DNA from: a virus
Direction: 5' to 3' (one strand)
DNA: 64,000 nt
Virus record (IMG/VR): IMGVR_UViG_3300045988_130225
Span: 1 to 64,000 of that record
The position numbers and the translations under genes are program-made. The notes beneath the pieces were generated by a model. The model searched no databases, was not told the origin of the DNA, and saw only the letters and a program-made list of their open reading frames with translations. This document shows positions 45,501 through 52,927 of this stretch, one piece after another (position 1 is the first letter of the stretch; each line of letters starts with the position of its first letter).

Positions 45501-47174
45501 TGTAGATTTCAATTTCTGCTTATCTTCATCTTCGTTGCTTGCGGCATCTTTAGCATTAATATATTCAAGTCTTAAATTATAAAGATTTTTTCTTTCATCT
45601 TCAAAACTACTACCTGCTTGTTCTGCGGCTCTTCTTGCGTTTTCTTGTTGAGTATTATAATAACCATAAGCGGCTACAAGTCCAGTAACAACAAGTGATA
45701 CTGCACCTAAACTTGCAGTTAATAAACTACCTGCACCTGCCATAGCCGTAAATCCTTGTGCTAAAGAACCTGTAGCGGCATAAGCATAATCAAATTTAGC
45801 AATCATGTCTAAAACATTTGTAGATATTTTTGCTATCATTTCTGGTACTTTATGTCCATTAAGAGTAATAAAAGCACCTGTAATAGCAGTAAGTACAGTG
45901 GGCATACCGCCTAAATCATTAATAAGTTTTAATACTTGCGTACCAAATTCTACAAGGCGTTTTACACTATCTGAAGAAATACCCTCAGTCCAAAACTTTT
46001 CTAATTCAGATGTGAACTGAGATACTTTACCTTGAATAGAATCAAGATAACGTGCGTTTTCTTTAAGTGCTGAACCTTGGGAGTCTAAAGCTATTTTATA
46101 AGCTTCTGTAGCCGAATTAAGGTTTAGCATAACCGAGTTAAATACAGAAAATTGGTTCTTACCTGCCAACGCCAAACCCAGTGATTGCTTTTCAGCTTGT
46201 GACATATCATCCCAACTGGATTTTAAATCTTGAAAAACTTGATATGTACTTTTCATTTCTCCTGTAGATTTATCAAATAAATCTATGGATTTTGTCACAC
46301 CTTGTACTTTAAAACTTAATTCACCTGCTTCATTAGCGGCTTTTGCTATATTGTTTCCTATTGTAGTTAATCCCCTTGCAACCTGTGCGCTTCTTCCTGT
46401 AAGTATTTCTGTACCTGAGGTGATTAACGCTATAGATTGCTCAAAATCGTTGCCTAATACGGAAAGACCTGCACCTGCTACAGTAAGACCTTTTGCTAAA
46501 TCATTAGTTCCAACAGCCATGTTATTAGCAACCTCATTAGTGACATCTATGATATGTTGAGCATCTTCCGCTGTCATATTAAATGCTTTCATCTGAGAGT
46601 TCACAAAACTTGCACTATCTCCTGCTGAAATTGCAGTATCCGCAATATTCTGGAACATAGTTGCTACTTTTCCTAATTGTAAACTTTCTTGGTCTGAATA
46701 ACCCATTTTCTTGAACTGAGTTCCTGCTTCTATAAATTCAGTAGCACTTTTTCCTACTTCAAGACCCATTTCTCTTGCTGTGCTTACAAAACTTTTCATT
46801 CCCTCGTCTGTTAAATCAGACACTTTCTTATATTCAGTAACAGCCGCATCTAATTCCCTAACAGCATCTACACCTTCCATTAACGATTGTCTTAACTCAT
46901 TAATAACAAGTGTTACACCACCAAACTTAGACACCTTAGTAAATATATCACCAATACTTTGAGAAGTTTTTTCTGCACTTGTAGATGTATCATCAAATCC
47001 AACTTTTAATCCTTTAAGTCCACTTAACGCATCGTTAAGTTTACTTGTATCAACATCAATGCCAACTTTCATAGTTGCATATTTTTGACTTATCTTATCT
47101 AATTGTGCTTGAATATTTTTTGCGTCCAATACTGCGTTTACAAGTATTTGAAAATCTCTACTATTCAATGCCAT
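42510..47174 (-). CDS. Tail tape measure protein
   Basis: 1554 aa with long coiled-coil K/E-rich stretches, hydrophobic segments and a GGKSGKGGGGSKK linker. Position fits the tail operon. Confidence 0.9.
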   Translation of the reverse strand: MALNSRDFQILVNAVLDAKNIQAQLDKISQKYATMKVGIDVDTSKLNDALSGLKGLKVGFDDTSTSAEKTSQSIGDIFTKVSKFGGVTLVINELRQSLMEGVDAVRELDAAVTEYKKVSDLTDEGMKSFVSTAREMGLEVGKSATEFIEAGTQFKKMGYSDQESLQLGKVATMFQNIADTAISAGDSASFVNSQMKAFNMTAEDAQHIIDVTNEVANNMAVGTNDLAKGLTVAGAGLSVLGNDFEQSIALITSGTEILTGRSAQVARGLTTIGNNIAKAANEAGELSFKVQGVTKSIDLFDKSTGEMKSTYQVFQDLKSSWDDMSQAEKQSLGLALAGKNQFSVFNSVMLNLNSATEAYKIALDSQGSALKENARYLDSIQGKVSQFTSELEKFWTEGISSDSVKRLVEFGTQVLKLINDLGGMPTVLTAITGAFITLNGHKVPEMIAKISTNVLDMIAKFDYAYAATGSLAQGFTAMAGAGSLLTASLGAVSLVVTGLVAAYGYYNTQQENARRAAEQAGSSFEDERKNLYNLRLEYINAKDAASNEDEDKQKLKSTISKLAKAYGVEEEALSNLNGTRAEGLDLLSKENAEKSQDFLNRNQAEIQKAQKATQDMLNRTSFYIPLKFTSDTESSESFKAFYNKYTKSLGEGVYEAAGGYKELIADLNTTITAMQQEDNQTKLHQQTLAFLSNTLVELEDKYNKTATLTREAADATVDVDKKTQSFINTQYDSLSSFESVYNALLKNNSQIPLFKEALDEVVATQFPDFAKALGIELQDNGDKAKEAADGVNQYGEDAGEAASQTEEFEEAIKSLTSELKGVQDAYDTLHEVADEYNKTGSVTIDTMADLLSLNPEYLNSLQMVNGQLVVNDASLMSMAQSFTESGISAISSSQGLDTFSESEQKVGTNAEIGKQGSDNLGTSIQQVGTASSQANPYLTTIGNTAITTGNQFAQGAQGILQFASSLDAVSGAAPKARTGSSGVGVQSYSEGFDAQVQAYRNQQNQKLLEELRKGLQFKPSTSGGKSGKGGGGSKKSSTSDAEKQAKADAKAYKEAFEKELATLDKQKASMKDNAATDKWYYEQLEELTNKYYKDKEGYEDEYNKYHEKALDGMTKAHDAAYTERYNLLKHQLAMDMISEQEYYDELEELMKEFYSNEEKYAEQRWKIEEEIYSGRNKLEEENTRKAEQEAEKRKKARKEEWEEEKAWYEEQQSNLETAFSYVASLAQKEIDALNERKQAIQDQYDAEIDKINEKNDATNDEIELQEKLDALAKAQQKKVRIYREGQGFVYETDQSAVDEAKTALTQYKKEQDTKKEIKRLEDIRDATINSVEEQIKYWQKYKDEWGNVTDNYTTEQNKLLAEQVLGISLEGENWEKRLGNLQDYVDRYNEIMSTLKTRYKSYDDDDDEEFGDELDPEEHWTDKEPEYSHGSGGDNWYEDDTSHGPGAYANGTTKGYGLSMVGEKGRELRVLGSRSNEGDGIIPNHLTENLMQLGKFSPTQWLNSIVGKMGGQSAPIYNYAFENLTLPNVTNAQSFIDELKNLKNRALQMGGRRD

Positions 47175-47177
47175 TAT

Positions 47178-47762
47178 TTACATGCACCTACCTTTCTTGG
47201 CGTTTATATTTGGCTTCTTACCAAATCCCTTACTTATTTCAGTAGGTTTAATCTGTGACCATGCTATTCCAATAGCATCTCCAATATCATCATCATTTTT
47301 CACGCTTTTAGGTTTATCTAAATCATAAAACAATTCCAACCCAAAAATATGATTGACTTTTTCTATAGTTTTCCATTTCATTACTGGGCGTTTAGTTCCA
47401 TCTCTAGTACCATCATAAACACCCAAATCACTACGCCATTTACTAGGCATAAGAAATTCTATTTTTACATTATGTACTGCACAAACACCTAATACAATTC
47501 CTTGTAACACTGATAATTGTTTTACTGTTTGTACATTATTACCACATTCACCACTTAAAATTGTATCTTCACAATAAATAAAAAATGGGGAATAAGTGTC
47601 CAATAGCGTGGATAACTCATTCCCCATATATATACAACGTTCTCTCCAAGCTATCTCTTGCTTCTGTTTCCAAACGCCAAATTTAATCAATTTACCATTT
47701 TTAAAAACTGAATATCCAGAACTTTTCGTTGACATATCCAGTCCAATTACAACATTTTCCAT
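47178..47762 (-). CDS. RuvC-like Holliday-junction resolvase
   Basis: VIGLDMSTKSSGYSVF (Asp 1), YCEDT (Glu) and DDDIGDAIGIAWS (Asp 3/4). Confidence 0.8.
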   Translation of the reverse strand: MENVVIGLDMSTKSSGYSVFKNGKLIKFGVWKQKQEIAWRERCIYMGNELSTLLDTYSPFFIYCEDTILSGECGNNVQTVKQLSVLQGIVLGVCAVHNVKIEFLMPSKWRSDLGVYDGTRDGTKRPVMKWKTIEKVNHIFGLELFYDLDKPKSVKNDDDIGDAIGIAWSQIKPTEISKGFGKKPNINAKKGRCM

Positions 47763-47782
47763 ATAATCCTCTTTTCCAAATT

Positions 47783-48292
47783 TTACCAGAAAGAGGATAT
47801 ATTTTTGCCTCTTCCTACACTTCTACACTGTATTCCTTGTTTTTGCATACCCTCAATGAACCATTTCTTTAATTCGCCTTTGTTCAACTGTTCAATTAGT
47901 GGTGTCCAAGCATCTCTTGGTTTGCACCACCAACCGTATCCAAACAAATCACCACCAAGACCTTGATATATAATTCCAGTTAATTCATCTCTTACATCAC
48001 CATAAGTAGTATATAAACTACCATGCTGAAACATTTCTGGATTATAAGACATAAAAGTAGGGTCTTGAGATAAAATCCCAGACCCACCTTTGCTTGTTTT
48101 TTGTGAATTTGTTTGCCAACTTTCCAGAAACTCATATGTTCTTTCATACTCTTCTGGCATATGTGTATATACAATCTGATTGATTAATTCTTTGTATTTT
48201 ATAATCATTTGTTGCATTACATATTCAACAGCTTTAAAAACTGGTTCATTGTACAAGGAATAAAACTCAGCTACATTTTTAGCATAAGCCAT
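47783..48292 (-). CDS. Hypothetical protein (169 aa)
   Basis: ORF in the tail operon. Confidence 0.6.
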   Translation of the reverse strand: MAYAKNVAEFYSLYNEPVFKAVEYVMQQMIIKYKELINQIVYTHMPEEYERTYEFLESWQTNSQKTSKGGSGILSQDPTFMSYNPEMFQHGSLYTTYGDVRDELTGIIYQGLGGDLFGYGWWCKPRDAWTPLIEQLNKGELKKWFIEGMQKQGIQCRSVGRGKNISSFW

Positions 48293-48301
48293 TTTACTTT
48301 A

Positions 48302-48751
48302 TCACTTCTTTCCAAACGCTTCAACCAACTTTTTACTGTCTGCTAACATATCCTCAATCTGCTTATTATTAGGCATTTTCTTAGCATATTTATCTAAAGT
48401 CTTATTCAACTGTTCTAAAAATTTATTTACATTAGTTCTGATTGATAATTCATCTTCTACATAATCGTCAATTTCACTAACGTTAAACACATCAAAATTC
48501 ACAGTTTCAATAATTCCAGATTTAACAAGCATATCATAATCTTTAGCAATTTCCTCTGGAATATCAGTCATTAACTTAACAAGCATTGTATTTTTAATAA
48601 CATTTCTCTCAACAGCATTTGAACACTTTAACATATTATTTCCAATAAGTTCAACCTGTTCTGGTGTTAAATAGTGTTTTACTGTATATTTTTCACCTTT
48701 TTTGTCCTCGGTATAAGGAATTGTTATCACTTTTTCTTCTAAATTAATCAT
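48302..48751 (-). CDS. Hypothetical acidic protein (149 aa), tail-assembly chaperone candidate by position only
   Basis: Start moved to the ATG at 48751 (MINLEEK...), which follows GAAAGGAA. Confidence 0.45.
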   Translation of the reverse strand: MINLEEKVITIPYTEDKKGEKYTVKHYLTPEQVELIGNNMLKCSNAVERNVIKNTMLVKLMTDIPEEIAKDYDMLVKSGIIETVNFDVFNVSEIDDYVEDELSIRTNVNKFLEQLNKTLDKYAKKMPNNKQIEDMLADSKKLVEAFGKK

Positions 48752-48878
48752 TTTATTCCATTCCTTTCGTTTTATTCCATAATCTATGTACAAGGGTGTA
48801 ACGAAACGTGACACCCTTTCAAAAAGTTTACCCTACCAATTTATCATACAATCCATTCAAGCCAATGTCGCCCTATTT

Positions 48879-49148
48879 TTACTTATCAGTAACCACTTTC
48901 TTTGCAACTTGGTCTACCCATGTAGAAGCCATTCCAGACACAATACCAATAGCAACAGCCGTCATAATATCGTCAGCAGGAAAATCAACCATATATCTAT
49001 AACCTAAAACACCTGCAATTCCACCAATCAATCCAACAATCGGCAAAATTTTATTATTATCTAACTTAGTATAATTTTTAACAAACTGTCCTGCAAGATA
49101 AGCAATAACTACAATTACAGGTACACTTACAATTCCGAAATCTGGCAT
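48879..49148 (-). CDS. Holin-like three-TM protein (89 aa)
   Basis: Three hydrophobic segments and a charged C-terminus (QVAKKVVTDK). The layout recalls Hol118-type class I holins (recalled from memory). Confidence 0.5.
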   Translation of the reverse strand: MPDFGIVSVPVIVVIAYLAGQFVKNYTKLDNNKILPIVGLIGGIAGVLGYRYMVDFPADDIMTAVAIGIVSGMASTWVDQVAKKVVTDK

Positions 49149-49163
49149 AATATCAAGTCCTTT

Positions 49164-49544
49164 CTATTTGAATCCGTATTTAGTTGCTAATATATATCCT
49201 ACAAAAGATATTGCAATAATTATTGTGGGAAAATTTTTCTTTATGTATTCCATAATATTAAAATTGGATTCTTCTTTAATTTTATTAAAATCCGTTTTAA
49301 TATCGTTTACTTGAAGTTTAACGTCTGAAACGTCACTTTGTAAAGAAATCATTGTAATTTTAATATCTTGAATAGTTTCATTTAAAGCAGTATTAGTTTT
49401 TACAACTTGTTCTGATAATTGCTGAATAAATTTATGACTTTCTTGAAGTCTGGTAATATCTTGTGTATGTTCATCTACTTTTAACTTAACTTCTCTTAAA
49501 TCCTCTTTAATTTCATGTGCTGTCATATCTTCCACAAATCTCAC
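49164..49544 (-). CDS. Coiled-coil protein with a C-terminal membrane anchor (126 aa)
   Basis: Heptad-like N-terminal 95 aa followed by FPTIIIAISFVGYILATKYGF. Confidence 0.6.
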   Translation of the reverse strand: MRFVEDMTAHEIKEDLREVKLKVDEHTQDITRLQESHKFIQQLSEQVVKTNTALNETIQDIKITMISLQSDVSDVKLQVNDIKTDFNKIKEESNFNIMEYIKKNFPTIIIAISFVGYILATKYGFK

Positions 49545-49602
49545 CTACTTTACCATAAAATACCCTTCTTTCTTTTTTATCCGTCCATTCATTTCATTCC
49601 AA

Positions 49603-49977
49603 TTAATCACCACAAAGGTTAGCAAATACAATACCAGTAATTGCTCTCAAATCAGCCTTATTCAAAGTTCCAATATAGTTCTTAAACCTTGACTTATCCA
49701 CAGCACGAATTTGTTCAGCACAAGCAACGCTATCATCTACAAGAAATTTATTTTTTTCTTTAGATAATGTATAGTGTGTAAGCAAATCTTCTCTTTTAAC
49801 TTTAGAAGTTAAAGGTACTATGATTATGGTAGGGCTATAAAAATTTCCAGTATCATTCTGTAAAATTAATACTGGTCTTACTCCGCCTTGTTCTGAACCT
49901 TGGGTATTCCTTAAATCAGCATAATAAACTTCCCCTCTTTTGAATGTTCTTGCGTTATTGTTTATTGTTGTAAACAT
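49603..49977 (-). CDS. mazF: MazF/PemK (EndoA-like) endoribonuclease toxin
   Basis: RGEVYYADL....GSEQGGVRPVLILQND.GN..SPT.I.VPLTS closely parallels Bacillus EndoA/NdoA. Confidence 0.9.
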   Translation of the reverse strand: MFTTINNNARTFKRGEVYYADLRNTQGSEQGGVRPVLILQNDTGNFYSPTIIIVPLTSKVKREDLLTHYTLSKEKNKFLVDDSVACAEQIRAVDKSRFKNYIGTLNKADLRAITGIVFANLCGD

Positions 49978-50025
49978 ATTCAGTTCTCCTTATGTACTAT
50001 ATTTTTATATAACTTTCATATAATA

Positions 50026-50054
50026 TATATAGCACTTTTTATTTACAAAGTCAA
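50026..50054 (-). promoter_or_regulatory. Sigma-A-type promoter, extended -10, dedicated to mazF
   Basis: Minus strand reads TTGACT (50049-50054), 17-nt spacer, TATATA (50026-50031) with TGC upstream. Confidence 0.7.
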
Positions 50055-50059
50055 TACTT

Positions 50060-50407
50060 TTATTTACCATAACCCTTATTTTTATTAATACCATACCCAT
50101 TTTTTGTCTTATATAAAGTAACATATTTAGGTACAAAATTAAAAGGATTTTTCAATGTAATCACCATATTGTTCTCAACTTCAATATACAATTCGCCTTT
50201 CTTTTCAAAACGAACCCTTGAAGCCTTTTCTGGAACAATATATTCACTTTTTAACCTACAAGTATCTTGACTTGGTAATGGTTTCCAACAATCTGATATA
50301 TTGCACCAACGAACAAAAGGACAAATATTACCATTTTGTCTTTTACATAAAACCCTATTTCTATTATCTATTTTGCCAATATATGAATCTGGACACAAAA
50401 TAATCAC
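50060..50407 (-). CDS. Cys-rich hypothetical protein (~112-115 aa; start uncertain, GTG at 50407 or TTG at 50398)
   Basis: Six Cys in the N-terminal 50 aa (CPDS...CKRQNGNICPFVRWCNISDC...C) and a beta-rich C-terminal half. Confidence 0.6.
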   Translation of the reverse strand: MIILCPDSYIGKIDNRNRVLCKRQNGNICPFVRWCNISDCWKPLPSQDTCRLKSEYIVPEKASRVRFEKKGELYIEVENNMVITLKNPFNFVPKYVTLYKTKNGYGINKNKGYGK

Positions 50408-50426
50408 TTCCTTTACAGCAAAATTT

Positions 50427-50465
50427 AAAATATGTAAAATGCGTAGAGCATATCACCCTACGCAT
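50427..50465 (-). terminator. Rho-independent terminator after the major tail protein gene
   Basis: Minus strand has the ATGCGTAG / CTACGCAT stem (50439-50446 / 50458-50465) followed by a T-rich tail. Confidence 0.7.
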
Positions 50466-50489
50466 ATAGATACAAGCCAGTAACAGAGA

Positions 50490-51536
50490 TTAACCGACAG
50501 TTACGTTAGCATAGCCTTCAACTGCTTGATTCTTAGTAAGAACAGCGTGGATAGTGGTTGTACCAGTTGCTACGCCCTCTACCTCACCAGTTGCGTCATC
50601 TACTTTAGCTGTACCAACAGCACCACTTGTAAAAGTAACAGCAGTTGGGTCTACTAACTTAGGCAGAGCATTTCTGATAAGAGCATAAACCTTAATGGTT
50701 TCTTTCTCAGCTACTTGTAAATCAATATCAGCCGGAGTTAAAGCTAATGCGTAAGCATCATTTTCCCACTGAGCAGTGGACAGAATTTCCTTAATAGTAC
50801 CATAAATAGCTTCGTCACTACAACTAGAGGTTTCAGCAGAAGCCAGAGCAGAACCATTAAGAGGTGTGTTAGCCGCACCAGTCATACTCATAGAAATCTC
50901 CTGTGAACCGTTTAACATTAAACGTGGAATATCAATCTGAACCTCACCGACCTTAGTAGTAGAAGCTTCATTTGGATTAGTGCTACTACCTGCAAACAAA
51001 GTACCAGTCATTACAGCATGTACAGTAGCAGGAATAAAGTTAGCACCTACTGTAAGCACTCTCATGGAATCATTGTTTACTATATACTTAACGCAATAAA
51101 CATCACCAGACATAGCACCTGCGACAGTGATAATCTTGTTGTTGAAAGTACCCTTAGTCCATGTAGAATCATTAGGTTTCTTATACCAACCAATAGTACC
51201 AAAATTACCAAATGCTACAGGAATACCTGCTACAGTAATCTGTCCTGCATCTGTTACAGTAACTTCCTCAACAGTTAAAGCACTGCCACCAATCGCAATA
51301 TCAGAACCAATGTTCTTTGCGATAAATTCAAGACGGAACATTACATCAGTAAGAGTTACGTCCATTGTGGAAGAATGTGCGTATTTACCATACAGTTTTG
51401 CACCTTGTCCACCACGAATATCTTCAAGAGATACATCAAAACTAAAAGTAGAATCTGTTAAAGTTTTTGCAGTAGCAAACAGTTCATCACCTACAAAAAG
51501 GTCAACATTTGCTACACCGGCTAAAAAAGCATCCAT
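50490..51536 (-). CDS. Major tail protein with a C-terminal Ig-like (Big_2-type) domain
   Basis: 348 aa, richer in G+C than its neighbours. The C-terminus reads VTFTSGAVGTAKVD..G.V.GVATGTTTIHAVL. A terminator follows directly. Confidence 0.65.
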   Translation of the reverse strand: MDAFLAGVANVDLFVGDELFATAKTLTDSTFSFDVSLEDIRGGQGAKLYGKYAHSSTMDVTLTDVMFRLEFIAKNIGSDIAIGGSALTVEEVTVTDAGQITVAGIPVAFGNFGTIGWYKKPNDSTWTKGTFNNKIITVAGAMSGDVYCVKYIVNNDSMRVLTVGANFIPATVHAVMTGTLFAGSSTNPNEASTTKVGEVQIDIPRLMLNGSQEISMSMTGAANTPLNGSALASAETSSCSDEAIYGTIKEILSTAQWENDAYALALTPADIDLQVAEKETIKVYALIRNALPKLVDPTAVTFTSGAVGTAKVDDATGEVEGVATGTTTIHAVLTKNQAVEGYANVTVG

Positions 51537-51556
51537 TATATTACTCCTTTCATATT

Positions 51557-52357
51557 TCAGACATTTTTAAATCCTTGTCCAATATTCTTTTTATTTATAA
51601 AAGCATCTGCATATTTACCTTTCTTGTTTTTATACGCAAAATGCTCTATAGGTTTTTTAAACTTTCCACCATTTGCTTCAAAATTCTTGTTTACAATATA
51701 ATCAATTTGTTCAACAACAGCATTAAACAAAGACGTAAAGCTATAAAAAGTCATTTCAAGCAAATCTTTTTTTAACATGCCATTATGTGCTGAAATGATA
51801 GATATTTTTCTTTCTAATGTTATAGGTTCTTTATTCTTATTCACCAAGCTATAATATTCATCAATAGCTTTCTTATAATCTGGGTCTAAATCTCTTTCAT
51901 CTTCATAATCATAAATATTTTGATATTGTATTATCTGTATAATATCCTCAAAATCTTTATAATCTATGATAACTCCATTTATTTCAAGAATAAATTTACC
52001 CTTATCATCAACTTTGATTGTAAGTTGTTCTTCAATTTTATCAAGTCCAAAACACAGTTCTATAATTCTAACAAATTGCCAATATCTTATAGAGTGTTTT
52101 TCAACTTTTCCAAATAATTCTTCGCCTAAAACCATTTGCAAAAGAAATTGTAAATAAGAACTTTGAATAACTTGTATATCATTAATCGCATTTTTATCTA
52201 TTGTTAATACATTGTAACAATTTATAAAATCATTAGCATTTTTTACCGTAACTGGATATAACATTATAACTTGTTTATGTCTTGTAATATAAGGAATAGG
52301 TTCATCCATTTCAATATAACTTTCATAAGGTGCTATATCAAATTTCACTGAACACAC
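51557..52357 (-). CDS. Head-tail joining / neck module protein (266 aa), function unassigned
   Basis: ORF between the capsid and tail genes. Confidence 0.55.
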   Translation of the reverse strand: MCSVKFDIAPYESYIEMDEPIPYITRHKQVIMLYPVTVKNANDFINCYNVLTIDKNAINDIQVIQSSYLQFLLQMVLGEELFGKVEKHSIRYWQFVRIIELCFGLDKIEEQLTIKVDDKGKFILEINGVIIDYKDFEDIIQIIQYQNIYDYEDERDLDPDYKKAIDEYYSLVNKNKEPITLERKISIISAHNGMLKKDLLEMTFYSFTSLFNAVVEQIDYIVNKNFEANGGKFKKPIEHFAYKNKKGKYADAFINKKNIGQGFKNV

Positions 52358-52911
52358 CCACTTCCTACATCACCAATCTGAACAGCCATAAATATACTTG
52401 CACCATTGTAGTTTCTTGTATTATTCAAAGCCGCCCTAGACCTACAATATTGTGATAGTTCTGCGTTAAACTGAAATTGTCCAACACCGTCCATAGCATA
52501 AGAACCATTAAGTGTTTTCATAATCTCAGTTTCCATAACATCAGCCCTATTACAAGGAATACCATTATAGTCCACAATAGCAATTTTATCACCAAATAAA
52601 ACATCAAATTCATATACAACAGTACATAAATAAGGATTTATTGGATAACTGTCATACTTAAAACATTTCAATATGGTTGTTGCATCATATTGCATATTTT
52701 CAACCAAAGGATTTAAAAATATCCTATATTTTTGTTGTTGGTCTTTATTTTTATAAATCATTCCCATTTTTTCTTCAAACGTAAGATTAGGTTTGCTTAA
52801 ACAATCATAAGTACCATACTTAAGAAGTTTAAATATATTTTCATTATTTTGAGCCAATGTCATTATAATTTTATAAGGAACATATGGCAAATTTGCAAAA
52901 TTATTAAACAT
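52345..52911 (-). CDS. Head-tail joining / neck module protein (188 aa), function unassigned
   Basis: ORF overlapping the next gene by 13 nt. Confidence 0.55.
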   Translation of the reverse strand: MFNNFANLPYVPYKIIMTLAQNNENIFKLLKYGTYDCLSKPNLTFEEKMGMIYKNKDQQQKYRIFLNPLVENMQYDATTILKCFKYDSYPINPYLCTVVYEFDVLFGDKIAIVDYNGIPCNRADVMETEIMKTLNGSYAMDGVGQFQFNAELSQYCRSRAALNNTRNYNGASIFMAVQIGDVGSGCVQ

Positions 52912-52927
52912 TTACACATACTCCTTT

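Noticed and set aside
42770-46962. Several 60-91-aa ORFs lie on both strands inside the tape measure gene.
   Set aside because: They are low-complexity shadow frames of a K/E-rich coiled-coil gene, with no independent start signals.
47783-48814. Expected a tail-chaperone pair with a programmed -1 frameshift upstream of the tape measure gene.
   Set aside because: The two ORFs are separated by a 9-nt gap rather than overlapping. I saw no slippery heptamer with an extended alternative frame, and a RuvC gene intervenes before the tape measure gene.
51127-51570. A 147-aa plus-strand ORF (and 51018..51278) antisense to the major tail protein gene.
   Set aside because: It is a shadow ORF in a relatively GC-rich, highly expressed gene, with no start signals.
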